A stretch of DNA of 48,480 nucleotides from Candidatus Kerfeldbacteria bacterium (GTDB taxonomy: Bacteria; Patescibacteriota; Patescibacteriia; SBBC01), in the NCBI GenBank assembly GCA_016204585.1, contig JACQKH010000051.1, positions 1 to 48,480 on the forward strand, read 5' to 3'. Under the pieces are notes generated by a model. That model did not search any database, was not told the DNA's origin, and was given only the letters and a program-made list of their open reading frames with translations. The first letter of the stretch is position 1, and each line of letters opens with the position of its first letter. Positions 1 to 9,041 of the stretch are shown here, piece after piece. A program made the translations under genes and the position numbers.

Positions 1-271
1 AAGGGGAGGGAGGGTGGGGTCGTCACCGGCTTCCCTTTGTCAGTTATCAACGAAACTGTAACTAGCGGATTGGCAGATCACACGCTTCCGTACAACGCGC
101 ACTCTAAACCTCCAAGCCACAACGTAGGCTTAAGCCTACGCTTGACCGCTACCTCGTAACCCAGTACAAAAAGGAAAACACGAACACCGCCGCGGCCATA
201 AAGAAAATCAACCACAAGAACTGCAGCAACGACTGTTTTTTCTCGAGTGGATTATGAAACATTGTTTTTTG

Positions 272-378
272 GTCAAACGTCACTAGTCAAATGTCAAACG
301 TTCTCTTTGTCGACCTTTGATTACCTATCCACAGGATAGCACGGATGAGAACACTTGACTAGAAACGTTTGACATTTG
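272..378. repeat. GTCAAAYG palindromic repeat element, copy 1
   Basis: 272-302 reads GTCAAAC GTCACTA GTCAAAT GTCAAAC GTT in a 7-nt register. 364-377 (AACGTTTGACATTT) is the exact reverse complement of 289-302. The same arm sequence recurs at 30457-30537 and 46553-46614. Confidence 0.6.
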
Positions 379-450
379 TGATTTGCAATTTTCTTCCTCG
401 TTCCCAACTCTACCACCAAACCGCCAATCCTCCAAACCGCTAAACATCCA

Positions 451-1023
451 TTAGAAATCAACCCCCTTCGTGGCAATAATTCCACGATAATACGGATGCT
501 TCACCATCTTCATCTCGGTCACCAAGTCACAACGCTTTAATACAGCTGGGTAGGCATTGTGGCCGGTCAGAACCACGTGCACCAGTTTTGCTTTCGCGTG
601 CTTGGCTCGTTCATCCAGCAGCTTCGCAATCGCCCTGACCGGAAACAAATGCTGCTCGGAGCAAGCAATGATCTCATCGAGTATCACCAGCCTATACTTT
701 CCTGAAAACAACAACTGCTTAGCCTCGGCCAAGGCCCGGGCCGCGGCTTGCCGGTGTCGCCACCGCGGTTTTCGGTCACCCAAGATTCCGACAAAGCCTT
801 GGCCCCGGACGCGGACATCCACGCCGAGCTTTTTCAAGCTCTGCCGCTCGCCTGATGGCCACTGCTCCGACTTATAGAACTGAAAAAACAGCACGGGCCA
901 GCCGTAGCCTGCTGCCCGCGTGGCCAAACCTACAGCGGCTGTGGTTTTCCCTTTACCATCACCAACGTACGCGATGGTTAGGCCGCGATCGAGAGCGCGA
1001 AGTTTTTTAGGGGCTTTTTTCAT
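451..1023 (-). CDS. cobO: ATP:cob(I)alamin adenosyltransferase, CobA/CobO/BtuR family
   Basis: P-loop GDGKGKTTAA, then FQF.K...GE, ILDEI, VLTGHNAYPAVLKRCDLVTEMKMVKHPYYRGIIATKGVDF, colinear with E. coli BtuR. I chose the ATG at 1021-1023 (MKKAPKK) over the ORF-track start because upstream codons overlap the NUDIX gene. Confidence 0.85.
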   Translation of the reverse strand: MKKAPKKLRALDRGLTIAYVGDGKGKTTAAVGLATRAAGYGWPVLFFQFYKSEQWPSGERQSLKKLGVDVRVRGQGFVGILGDRKPRWRHRQAAARALAEAKQLLFSGKYRLVILDEIIACSEQHLFPVRAIAKLLDERAKHAKAKLVHVVLTGHNAYPAVLKRCDLVTEMKMVKHPYYRGIIATKGVDF

Positions 1024-1456
1024 GGCTCGGTTCCGTCGCATACCATTGAACAAAATCATTCACCACGCGAGACAAGATATTTGCAAAGCGCGTATTCTTG
1101 CTCTCTTCGAGTGAAACTCCAGCTAACCTTTGTCCCTCACGTAGGGTCAAGTCTTCTGCCGAGACATCCAATTTTGCCCAATACACATGCTTTACGTTCG
1201 GGCGAACATCACCCTCAAGACATTCATACACGCGAAACTTATGGAACCCTTCGAGGTAGATACCAAGCTCTTCTTGAATTTCGCGCACTAACGCTTGCTC
1301 TGGACTTTCCCCTTCTTGAACTTGCCCGCCGAAAAGGTCCCAGTAATTCGGAAACGCTATCGTAAGTTTGTCATCGCGAAGATAGATCAATAAATCCCCG
1401 TTGCGATCTAACAATATTGCTGTTGCTACCTGTGGCAGAGACTTTGGCATGAACAT
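1007..1456 (-). CDS. NUDIX hydrolase
   Basis: Nudix box GGQVQEGESPEQALVREIQEELGI (GX5EX7REUXEEXGU). Start trimmed to ATG 1454-1456 because 1464-1492 is a perfect 13-bp hairpin. Start is uncertain (1450 is also possible). Confidence 0.8.
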   Translation of the reverse strand: MFMPKSLPQVATAILLDRNGDLLIYLRDDKLTIAFPNYWDLFGGQVQEGESPEQALVREIQEELGIYLEGFHKFRVYECLEGDVRPNVKHVYWAKLDVSAEDLTLREGQRLAGVSLEESKNTRFANILSRVVNDFVQWYATEPSHEKSP

Positions 1457-1602
1457 TCTATTCAATGGGCGCGAACTACGTTCGCGCCCATTCAAAATAT
1501 TTGTTGCGACGCAGCTGCGAGGATCAGGGTGGCCCCGCTCAGCGGGGACGGGCCTCTAGGCGAGCCGCAAGGCGCGACACCGCAAAAGGGAAGGAGTGGT
1601 AT

Positions 1603-1647
1603 CGCCTGCCCGCCGTACAAAGTACCTTTGTACTTTGGCAGGCGGGG
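1603..1647 (+). repeat. GC-arm hairpin element (CCTGCCCGCC ... TTTGGCAGGCGGG) with an inner GTACAAAG-TAC-CTTTGTAC hairpin
   Basis: Arms at 1605-1614 and 1634-1646 are identical (10 and 13 nt) to the sequences flanking the nested tRNA-Val at 20250-20259 and 20152-20164, which lie on the opposite strand. Confidence 0.6.
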
Positions 1648-1680
1648 ACGAGGAAACCGTAGGTTGCCTCGCCGAGTTTT

Positions 1681-4104
1681 CTACCCGCACTTCGAAAACC
1701 CGCAATTGTGGCATTTCATGCAGCCCTCAGCGATCTCGAGCATGCTTCCGCAGTCCGGGCAGGCCGGCGCATAGCCGACGTTCGCCACCGACATTCTCTT
1801 GGCGGTTGTGACCGCGGCCGGCGTCACCTCGGCCACCGCTGTCACGGAATCACCCTTCGGCTTCAGGTCGAGCTGCGGCTGTTTCCGACCTAAATGTTTC
1901 TGCAGAATCTTGGCGATTGCGTCAGGCAAGGACAGGATTTGCCCGCCGTCATGCCAAGACACGTCCGGCCCGCGGATCCCTTTGATCTGATCAACGATTT
2001 CTTTCGGCGAGATGCCGGAGCGCAAGGACAGCGAAATCAGACGGCAGATCGATTCGGACTGGGCCGCAAAGAACCCACCGTTCTTGCCGATGGTGGCGAA
2101 AACCTCGAATGGGCGTCCATTCTCGTCGTCGTTGATGGTTATGTAGAGCGAACCGTACGGCGTGTTCACTTTATAGGTCGTCCCTTTGAGAAGTTCTGGA
2201 CGGTGGCGTGGCCCAAAGCCGTTGGTCGTTACGACTGCTGGTGCTGGCTTCTCCTGGCCGACCAGCACGGTCTTGCCGGTGGTCAGCACCTGCTCGTCCC
2301 GGCTGCCGTCGCGAAAGATGGTCACGCCCTTGCAGCCTAGTTCGTACGCCAGCTCATAGACCTTCCGCACGTCCTCTTCAGTCGCCTCGTGCGGGAAGTT
2401 GACAGTCTTGGAAATGGCGTTATCAACGTATTCCTGGAAGGCGGCTTGCATGCGGATATGGTCTTCGGGTGTGCAGTCGGCGGCGGTTACGAACATCTTC
2501 TTCCACTTGTCCGGTATCTCGTCGAACTTCTGAATCGAACCCTCGTAGGCGATTCGCTCCATCAGTTCTGGCGAGTACCATCCCTCTTGCTTAGCGATCT
2601 CCTCGAACTTCGGGTGCACGTAGACGAGCGACGTGCCGTCCATGACCGTTTTGGTGAAAACGATGGCGAACAACGGCTCTAGGCCGGAGCTGCAATCAGC
2701 GATCATCGAAATCGTGCCGGTCGGCGCGACGGTCGTGCGGGCCACGTTCCGCATTGGCACGCCCCTTTTCTCATCGTCCGAACCAGCATAGTTGGGGTAG
2801 TTGCCGCGGGACTTGGCCAGTTCGGTCGAGGCGCTGGCGGCTTGGTCGGCGATGAACTTCATCATCTTCCGACCCATCTCCAACCCGGCCTTCGAATTGT
2901 ATGGAATACCCAGCTCAATCAGCATGTCGGCAAAACCCATCACGCCCAAACCAATCCGTCGGTTAGTCAAAGTTTTCTCGGCAATCTGCGGAATCGGGTA
3001 GCGGTTCATGTCAATGACATTGTCGAGAAAGTGAACGGTCTGCCACGCTACTTTCTTCAAACGCTGCCAGTCTACCGCGGCTTTGCCGGACTTTGTCTTT
3101 TTCACGAACTGGCCGAGATTGATGGAGCCCAAATTGCAGGAATCGTAGCCGGCCAGCCACTGCTCGCCGCAGGGGTTGGTCGCTTCGAGCACCTCCACAT
3201 GCCGAGCGGGGTTGATGGCATTGGCCCGATCAATGAATAGGACGCCGGGATCGCCGGTTAACCAGGCATGATGGATAAGGAGCTTCCAAATTCTCTCGGC
3301 GGGCAACTGCCCGGTCACGCTGCCGGTATGTGGATCAACCAGGTCGTACATCCCTTTTTTCCTCAAGGCCTCCATGAACTTCTCAGTCGCCGCCACCGAA
3401 ATGTTGAAATTCTTCATCTCGTTCAAATTTTCCTTGATGGTGATGAACTGGAGGATGTCGGGATGATCAATATGGAGCACACCCATGTTGGCGCCGCGTC
3501 TGGTACCGCCCTGCTTCACGATCTCCGTGGCCATGTTAAAAATCCGCATGAAGGAAACCGGGCCAGAGGCCACGCCGTGCGTAGTCTTCACCAGACTCCC
3601 TTTCGGCCTCAAGCGGGAGAAAGAAAAACCAGTGCCGCCGCCGGACTGGTGAATAATGGCCTGGTGTTTCAACGATTCGAAAATTCCTTCGATTGAGTCT
3701 TCGACCGGCAGCACAAAACAAGCCGACAGCTGCTGGAAGTCGCGTCCGGCGTTCATCAGGCACGGGGAGTTCGGTAGGAAATCACGACTGGCGATTAAAC
3801 GGAAGAACCCCTCCTCGGTTTTCGCCACTCTCGCCGGTGAGGCCCCATACCGCGCATCCGCTTGAGCGATGTTGTTGGCCACCCGCCGGAACATGTCGAT
3901 TGGCTTTTCCGCTGGTTTGCCGTCTTTCTTCTTTAAGTACCGTCGTTCCAGAACCTTGATGGCATTGGCGCTCATGTCGGCGAGAATCGAGTCGTCCATC
4001 AGCTTCTGATTTTCCGTTAGCGCCTCGGATAGGATCTTGGCAAGCTTTTTCTCATTTACCGACTGGGTCGAAATGAGTTTATGAGAGCGGGCTGAACCGT
4101 TCAT
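1681..4104 (-). CDS. nrdJ: Adenosylcobalamin-dependent (class II) ribonucleotide reductase
   Basis: N-terminus [34 protein letters not shown], catalytic-core motifs ([15 protein letters not shown]), C-terminal Zn ribbon [21 protein letters not shown]. Start set to ATG 4102-4104, 13 nt after the nrdR stop; the longer ORF-track start overlaps nrdR. Confidence 0.9.
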   Translation of the reverse strand: MNGSARSHKLISTQSVNEKKLAKILSEALTENQKLMDDSILADMSANAIKVLERRYLKKKDGKPAEKPIDMFRRVANNIAQADARYGASPARVAKTEEGFFRLIASRDFLPNSPCLMNAGRDFQQLSACFVLPVEDSIEGIFESLKHQAIIHQSGGGTGFSFSRLRPKGSLVKTTHGVASGPVSFMRIFNMATEIVKQGGTRRGANMGVLHIDHPDILQFITIKENLNEMKNFNISVAATEKFMEALRKKGMYDLVDPHTGSVTGQLPAERIWKLLIHHAWLTGDPGVLFIDRANAINPARHVEVLEATNPCGEQWLAGYDSCNLGSINLGQFVKKTKSGKAAVDWQRLKKVAWQTVHFLDNVIDMNRYPIPQIAEKTLTNRRIGLGVMGFADMLIELGIPYNSKAGLEMGRKMMKFIADQAASASTELAKSRGNYPNYAGSDDEKRGVPMRNVARTTVAPTGTISMIADCSSGLEPLFAIVFTKTVMDGTSLVYVHPKFEEIAKQEGWYSPELMERIAYEGSIQKFDEIPDKWKKMFVTAADCTPEDHIRMQAAFQEYVDNAISKTVNFPHEATEEDVRKVYELAYELGCKGVTIFRDGSRDEQVLTTGKTVLVGQEKPAPAVVTTNGFGPRHRPELLKGTTYKVNTPYGSLYITINDDENGRPFEVFATIGKNGGFFAAQSESICRLISLSLRSGISPKEIVDQIKGIRGPDVSWHDGGQILSLPDAIAKILQKHLGRKQPQLDLKPKGDSVTAVAEVTPAAVTTAKRMSVANVGYAPACPDCGSMLEIAEGCMKCHNCGFSKCG

Positions 4105-4117
4105 ACGATGCGAAATG

Positions 4118-4609
4118 TTAGTTGTTCTTTGTTCGTCGCGGATTTTTTGGACGCTGCCGACCGCGCTGGAAAAGCTGAAGCTCGTTCCAGAAACTCTCGG
4201 CATCCGTGAAAGACCGATAAACCGAGGCAAAACGGATGTAGGCGACCGGATCAACCTTCTTCAAACGCTTCATCACGATCTCGCCAATCTGATGAGAGGT
4301 GATCTCGTTCCGACCCCGGAGTTGGATATCCCGTTCGATGATGTTGAGGAGCCGCTTGAAGCTTTCGTGGGTAATCGGCCGTTTTTCGAAGGCTTTGCGC
4401 AGGCCGGTTTCCAGCTTTTCCCGTGAATAGGGCTCTTGGCGGCCATCCCGCTTAACCACAGTCAGGTTGAGGATTTCTACCTCTTCGTAGGTGGAAAAAC
4501 GAAATCCACACCTCAAGCACTCCCGGCGGCGGCGGATTGCCACTGCCTCGTTCACCATTCGGGTATCAGTGACTTTTGTGTCAATGTTGTGGCACGCTGG
4601 ACAGCGCAT
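4118..4609 (-). CDS. nrdR: Transcriptional repressor NrdR (Zn ribbon + ATP-cone)
   Basis: MRCPACHNIDTKVTDTR...RRRRECLRCGFRFSTYEEVE is the canonical NrdR N-terminus. It lies immediately upstream of the RNR gene. Confidence 0.95.
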   Translation of the reverse strand: MRCPACHNIDTKVTDTRMVNEAVAIRRRRECLRCGFRFSTYEEVEILNLTVVKRDGRQEPYSREKLETGLRKAFEKRPITHESFKRLLNIIERDIQLRGRNEITSHQIGEIVMKRLKKVDPVAYIRFASVYRSFTDAESFWNELQLFQRGRQRPKNPRRTKNN

Positions 4610-4709
4610 GAATCCTCCAAAGCTTCAAAACCGCCAATAACTTGCCCTTCAGACGTCTAGCAACCCCCAAACCAGACTTAAACTACTACATCTTGTACCC
4701 CTACAGGGA

Positions 4710-4738
4710 AGTATACTACTAAATATAGGTCGAGTCAA
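4710..4738 (-). promoter_or_regulatory. Candidate sigma70-type promoter of nrdR-nrdJ with an NrdR-box-like core in the spacer
   Basis: Minus strand reads TTGACT (4733-4738), a 17-nt spacer, then TATACT (4710-4715). The spacer contains CTATATTTAG (4719-4728), 9/10 to the CwAtATaTwG core of the published NrdR box. Confidence 0.45.
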
Positions 4739-4937
4739 GATGGAGTATTGATGATATTAACCAAATTTTTCGCTTGGCTTGGCGGAAGACCGTGAAAATT
4801 CTTTTAAGTTTCGACTATGATCGATGCTGAGGGCTGTGGATATCTCCGGCGCGTAAGATCAAATGTCTTTAGGGAGGCCCCTGATCTCCCCAACTGGATC
4901 GGGGACGGGTGGTCGGGGTGACGCTGCCCGAGCGCCG

Positions 4938-6113
4938 TCACATCATTTTTTTTCGTATAAAAGCCGGAATTTCAAGGTCCTCTTCCTCTTTGGTTTTGTC
5001 TGAAGGTTTTGGAGTTTTTGGTTGAGTCGCTGGCGCAATAGTTGGGCGGCTGGACGCAGTCGAGAAGGCCGGGTACGGTACTGAGGCGGCCGGTTCAGGC
5101 ATACCAAAGCTCATGGGGCCCTGGGCGCCGATTTTCCTTACGCCTTGACGGCCCTCTCCCTTACCGAAACCGGTCGCGATAACCGTGATTTTTATTTCGT
5201 CTTTCAAGCTCTCGTCCACCACCGCGCCGAAGATGATCTTGGCGTTCGCATCGGCTGAGCTGGTGATGACTCGGGCGGCTTCGTTGACCTCGTACATGCC
5301 CAGGTTCGGACCGCCCGTGACCGTAAACAGAATGCCTTTGGCGCCGTCAATTGCCAGTTCGAGCAGGGGGGAATCAATCGCCGCTTTGGCTGCTTCCACC
5401 GCTCGGTTTTCGCCGCCCGCTTGGCCGATACCCATCAAGGCCGAACCCTGATTCTCCATGATCGCCTTGACGTCGGCAAAATCAACGTTGATCAAACCGG
5501 GGACGGTGATCAGTTCGGCAATGCCTTGGACGCCTTGGCGGAGAACATCATCGACCGTATCGAAGGCGTCAACCAGTGACGTCTTCTTGTCAATTATCTG
5601 CAGTAAGCGATCGTTCGGAATGGTGATGAGCGTATCAACCTTGTCGCGGAGTTCGAGCAACCCCTGTTCACCGATTCGTTGGCGTTGGGCGCCTTCGAAG
5701 CTGAATGGTTTTGTGACGACGGCCACGGTCAGCGCGCCGACGTCTTTGGCAATTTGCGCGATGATCGGGGCGGCGCCGGTGCCGGTGCCACCACCCAAAC
5801 CGCAGGTGATAAAAACCATGTCGCTGTTTTTCAGCGCGTCATGGAGCTCGTCGGCGTTCTCTTCGGCCGCTTTCTTGCCCAGCTCCGGGTCCATCCCGGC
5901 CCCCAGGCCCCGCGTCGTCATCTTGCCGATGTGAATCTTCGCCGGGGCGGCGTTGTGATGCAGGGCTTGGGCATCCGTGTTGATGGCGATGAATTCAATT
6001 CCCCGGATCTTCGAACGCATCATCCGATTCACCGCCGATCCGCCGGAGCCCCCAACGCCGAGGACTTTAATCTTGGCAAAAGTTTCAATTTCCGGTTTGA
6101 CCTCAGTCGGCAT
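4938..6113 (-). CDS. ftsZ: Cell division GTPase FtsZ
   Basis: [13 protein letters not shown] and [12 protein letters not shown] tubulin-signature motifs; acidic/basic C-terminal peptide [11 protein letters not shown]. Confidence 0.97.
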   Translation of the reverse strand: MPTEVKPEIETFAKIKVLGVGGSGGSAVNRMMRSKIRGIEFIAINTDAQALHHNAAPAKIHIGKMTTRGLGAGMDPELGKKAAEENADELHDALKNSDMVFITCGLGGGTGTGAAPIIAQIAKDVGALTVAVVTKPFSFEGAQRQRIGEQGLLELRDKVDTLITIPNDRLLQIIDKKTSLVDAFDTVDDVLRQGVQGIAELITVPGLINVDFADVKAIMENQGSALMGIGQAGGENRAVEAAKAAIDSPLLELAIDGAKGILFTVTGGPNLGMYEVNEAARVITSSADANAKIIFGAVVDESLKDEIKITVIATGFGKGEGRQGVRKIGAQGPMSFGMPEPAASVPYPAFSTASSRPTIAPATQPKTPKPSDKTKEEEDLEIPAFIRKKMM

Positions 6114-6174
6114 ACCTGATATTCCTTTCCTCCGCGCCAGGCGGAGTGGTTGTGGATAGTTCGACCACCCTTAC

Positions 6175-6203
6175 ATTGTAAGTGTTCATGCCGCCAATGT
6201 CAA
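6175..6203 (-). promoter_or_regulatory. Candidate ftsZ promoter
   Basis: Minus strand reads TTGACA (6198-6203), a 17-nt spacer, then TACAAT (6175-6180). It sits about 60 nt upstream of the ftsZ ATG. Confidence 0.5.
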
Positions 6204-6301
6204 AACCGCCGCCATATCATTCGTCGTGCAAAGCCACATCAAATATTTCGGCTAACTAAAGAGGTTTTTTTGGAGCATGAACACTTTCTGTGCTCAATGC
6301 T

Positions 6302-6967
6302 CTAGGATGCGTTAGTCGAGGGTATTTGGTCCGTGGCCTTGCCTGGTACGAAGCTAATCAGCCTGAGAAATTTACTAAGAATCGTTTCCGCCTCAACCGC
6401 CTGACCATCTATCTGTGGTGGGATATCTCGACGAACGGTTATGGCCACCTTTCTTGCTTTTGCCGGGTCACTCGCCATCTCAACCACCATCGCCCCGAAC
6501 AGGGTATCGGAAAGTTGCATATAAATTATATTTGTGGAATCGCCATTGAGCGTCGCCGTTCTCCCCTCCGCACTGACGATACCGGCCTCGCGAAGTTCTT
6601 GGGCAAACGCGTCGTTGAACGCGGCCACTAGACTTATTGATTCCCACGAGTCGCTTCGACGGAATAAAAACGTCGGCGCGGTGGTCGCCTGACACTCATC
6701 GTTTTTCATCGAAAAAGTCTGTCCATCTGAACAGAGTGTCATGCCCTTGGGAAGCGGGGCGGTCAGGCCGAATGACCGAGCATAGTACTTCGGCCAATTT
6801 GACGTCTCATCCAATGGCGGTGTTGACTGGTTACCGACATTGGCGGGGCGGTTCGAAACTCGACGTTGCTGGATTACGACGATGGCGGCGACGGCGACCA
6901 GAAGTAAAACAATCAGACCGCCGCCGAGCCAAAACTGGCCACGACTAGAATCACGACGGCGATTCAT
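6302..6967 (-). CDS. Hypothetical N-terminally membrane-anchored protein between ftsA and ftsZ
   Basis: 221-aa ORF. Its ATG overlaps the ftsA stop (ATGA, 6964-6967). One TM segment (LGGGLIVLLLVAVAAIVVI). I recognise no motif. Confidence 0.6.
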   Translation of the reverse strand: MNRRRDSSRGQFWLGGGLIVLLLVAVAAIVVIQQRRVSNRPANVGNQSTPPLDETSNWPKYYARSFGLTAPLPKGMTLCSDGQTFSMKNDECQATTAPTFLFRRSDSWESISLVAAFNDAFAQELREAGIVSAEGRTATLNGDSTNIIYMQLSDTLFGAMVVEMASDPAKARKVAITVRRDIPPQIDGQAVEAETILSKFLRLISFVPGKATDQIPSTNAS

Positions 6968-8208
6968 CTGAGCATGTTCTTAAACCACTGGCGCATTTTA
7001 CCGGTAACCGCATTGACCGACGACAACTCGCCGATCCTGGCCAAGAATCCGCGGGTGCCACGAGACTCAGCTCCCCAGATGACCAGACCCAGCGCGGTCG
7101 TGAAAGCTGGATCGCGCACCTTGTCAATCGCCGTTACCAGATTCTGCGGCACGCCGACCGAGGCCGGCAGCCGGAGCATCTTCTTAGCCACCTCAAGAAT
7201 TCCCGATAGCTTAGCTCCGCCGCCGGTCAAGACAACACCCGCCGGCAACAGGCCGGAGCGGTCGATTGATTGGAACTCGCGGTCGACCATGTGGAAAATT
7301 TCCTCAAGACGCGCCTCAATGATTTCCGCCACCTGCCGCTTTGACACCACCGCGTCATCGCCACCGGCAAACTCGGATAGCATTATTTCTTCTCGCTTGC
7401 CGACGCTGGCTGGCGTGGCCACCCCGAGGTGAAGCTTAACCTGTTCAGCTAAGTCAATCGAAGTGCGCAAGCCGATAGCAATATCATTGGTGATATGAGC
7501 CGCCCCGATCGGCAAGACTTTGACGTGGAGGACGTCGCCTTCTTCGAAGACCACCACACTAGTCGTGGCACCGCCGATATTCACTAGCCCGACGCCCAGT
7601 TCTTTTTGGCGCTTAGTTAGGGCCGACTCGGCGGCCGCCAGCGAACCGAGCACCAGGTCATCCACCGACAGCCCGGTGCGGAAGACGGCCTTGGTAATGT
7701 TCTTCACTTGACCGGACAGCCCTTGGATGATCTGCGCGTCGACTTCCAAACGCATCCCCGTCATGCCGACCGGGTCTTTAATGCCGTGCTGGTTGTCCAC
7801 CGAGAACGTCCGCGGAATGACGTGCAAGATCTCATAGTTTGGCGGGGTGGCCACGGCCTGGGCCGCTTCGACCGCCCGATCAATATCATCCTCCCTGATT
7901 TCCCCGTCGGAGCGCGACACGGCCACCACCCCGTGGCTCTCCATTGATGTAACGTGTGTTCCGCCGATGCCGACGAAGGCATGCTCGGTCGGGATACCGG
8001 TCATGCGCTCAACCGTTTCGAGCGAGGCTGACAGCGAACTGACGGCGTCTTCGATGCTGGTGACCGCGCCCTTAGAGATGCCTTGCGCCTCGTGTTCGGC
8101 GGCGCCAATAATGTGGATAGTCGGGTCGTTTGCTTGACGTTGTCCGACTGCCACCCGGATGGTTGACGAACCGATGTCAAGGCCGGTGATAAATTCTTCT
8201 CGAGCCAT
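6964..8208 (-). CDS. ftsA: Cell division protein FtsA
   Basis: Actin-fold phosphate-1 motif GLDIGSSTIRVAVG, then NIGGATTSVVVF and VLTGGGAKL. Position is upstream of ftsZ. Confidence 0.95.
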   Translation of the reverse strand: MAREEFITGLDIGSSTIRVAVGQRQANDPTIHIIGAAEHEAQGISKGAVTSIEDAVSSLSASLETVERMTGIPTEHAFVGIGGTHVTSMESHGVVAVSRSDGEIREDDIDRAVEAAQAVATPPNYEILHVIPRTFSVDNQHGIKDPVGMTGMRLEVDAQIIQGLSGQVKNITKAVFRTGLSVDDLVLGSLAAAESALTKRQKELGVGLVNIGGATTSVVVFEEGDVLHVKVLPIGAAHITNDIAIGLRTSIDLAEQVKLHLGVATPASVGKREEIMLSEFAGGDDAVVSKRQVAEIIEARLEEIFHMVDREFQSIDRSGLLPAGVVLTGGGAKLSGILEVAKKMLRLPASVGVPQNLVTAIDKVRDPAFTTALGLVIWGAESRGTRGFLARIGELSSVNAVTGKMRQWFKNMLR

Positions 8209-8215
8209 TGGTGTA

Positions 8216-8590
8216 TTAAGTCAAACGTAAGATGATAAGGGGAAGGAAGATAATGAGGCCGACGGCTAGCGCCGAGATTGAAGCGACCACCACCGCTGCC
8301 GCCATTAGGTCTTTGATCGCCGCCACGTAGTGGTGGGCGCGAGGCTGGACCAGATCAAGCAGTCGTTCAAAGATCGAATTGACAATTTCCAGAACGAGGA
8401 CGGAGGCGATGGCCGTGATCACGAACAGCCATTGGGTGATAGAGATTCTTAGGAGGACCGCCAGGAACAGAGCGAATAGGGCGAAAATGGTGTGGATGCG
8501 AAAGTTTCGTTCGTGTTTGAAAACGTGGCGAACGCCCTGGATGGCGAAGCGAAGACTGGACAGGAAATTCGTTGGTGAAACGAGAGACAT
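8216..8590 (-). CDS. dgkA: Diacylglycerol/undecaprenol kinase family (prokaryotic DAGK) membrane protein
   Basis: 124 aa, three TM segments, HERNFRIH and LEIVNSIFERLLD motifs typical of DgkA. Confidence 0.8.
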   Translation of the reverse strand: MSLVSPTNFLSSLRFAIQGVRHVFKHERNFRIHTIFALFALFLAVLLRISITQWLFVITAIASVLVLEIVNSIFERLLDLVQPRAHHYVAAIKDLMAAAVVVASISALAVGLIIFLPLIILRLT

Positions 8591-8591
8591 A

Positions 8592-9035
8592 TCACTGCGA
8601 AGTCGATTGACGATGAATGAGCGATGATCCGTAGAGAATTCGCCGTTCCTTCCGTTGCATCCTTATCCGTTCGGCTCGAGTTCGGTGGTCATAGCCAGTA
8701 AGGTGCAGGAGTCCATGAACAATCAGCAGACTAATTTCATCGAGCAGGGTGGTGCCGAAGCGCTGGGCCTGGCGTTTAGCTTGCGGTACGGAGATGACAA
8801 TATCGCCTAGTTCGCTCCCCATCCCCGAGAAGGATAACACGTCGGTCGTTCGATTCTGCCGTCGGTAGCGCCGGTTGAGGAATTTCATGCGAGCATCACC
8901 GACGAACGCCAGCGCCACATTCGTCGTTCGGGGGTTTAAACGAACCGCGGTAAAAACTCGAGATACCAACCGCCGGAGAAGAGACGCGGAAACACTGAGC
9001 GGAACGAGTGTCCTGAACTCGCAGGACATGGTCAC
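8592..9035 (-). CDS. ybeY: rRNA maturation endoribonuclease YbeY
   Basis: HGLLHLTGYDH metal-binding signature. Size 147 aa. Confidence 0.9.
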   Translation of the reverse strand: MTMSCEFRTLVPLSVSASLLRRLVSRVFTAVRLNPRTTNVALAFVGDARMKFLNRRYRRQNRTTDVLSFSGMGSELGDIVISVPQAKRQAQRFGTTLLDEISLLIVHGLLHLTGYDHRTRAERIRMQRKERRILYGSSLIHRQSTSQ

Positions 9036-9041
9036 GATTTT

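Noticed and set aside
3-19. GGGGAGGGAGGGTGGGG, a canonical four-tract G-quadruplex motif with 1-nt loops at the window edge.
   Set aside because: It is an isolated occurrence cut by the window boundary. No context is available to assign a function.
152-262. 36-codon minus-strand ORF (MFHNPLEKKQSLLQFLWLIFFMAAAVFVFSFLYWVTR) followed by the perfect palindrome CGTAGGCTTAAGCCTACG (about 122-139).
   Set aside because: It has no Shine-Dalgarno-like sequence upstream, unlike the other mini-ORFs I accepted, and no other support. It could be real, but I cannot support it from sequence alone.
325-339. DnaA-box-like 9-mers (8/9 to TTATCCACA) at 325-333, 4835-4843 and 6151-6159, raising the idea of an origin, especially with parAB in the window.
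   Set aside because: The three sites are kilobases apart and not clustered. There is no adjacent AT-rich unwinding element and no dnaA/dnaN gene. One or two such 8-mer hits are expected by chance in 48 kb on two strands.
1583-1620. The plus strand reads AAAAGGGAAGGAGTGGTATCGCCTGCCCGCCGTAC, reminiscent of the AAAAGGGAAG..GGTG..CC..GC..CCCGC core of cobalamin riboswitches. The B12-related context (nrdJ, cobO) is tempting.
   Set aside because: The motif is on the strand opposite to both flanking genes. I see no GCCACTG B12 box downstream. The CCTGCCCGCC part belongs to the hairpin element repeated at the tRNA-Val locus. An Rfam RF00174 scan on both strands would settle it.
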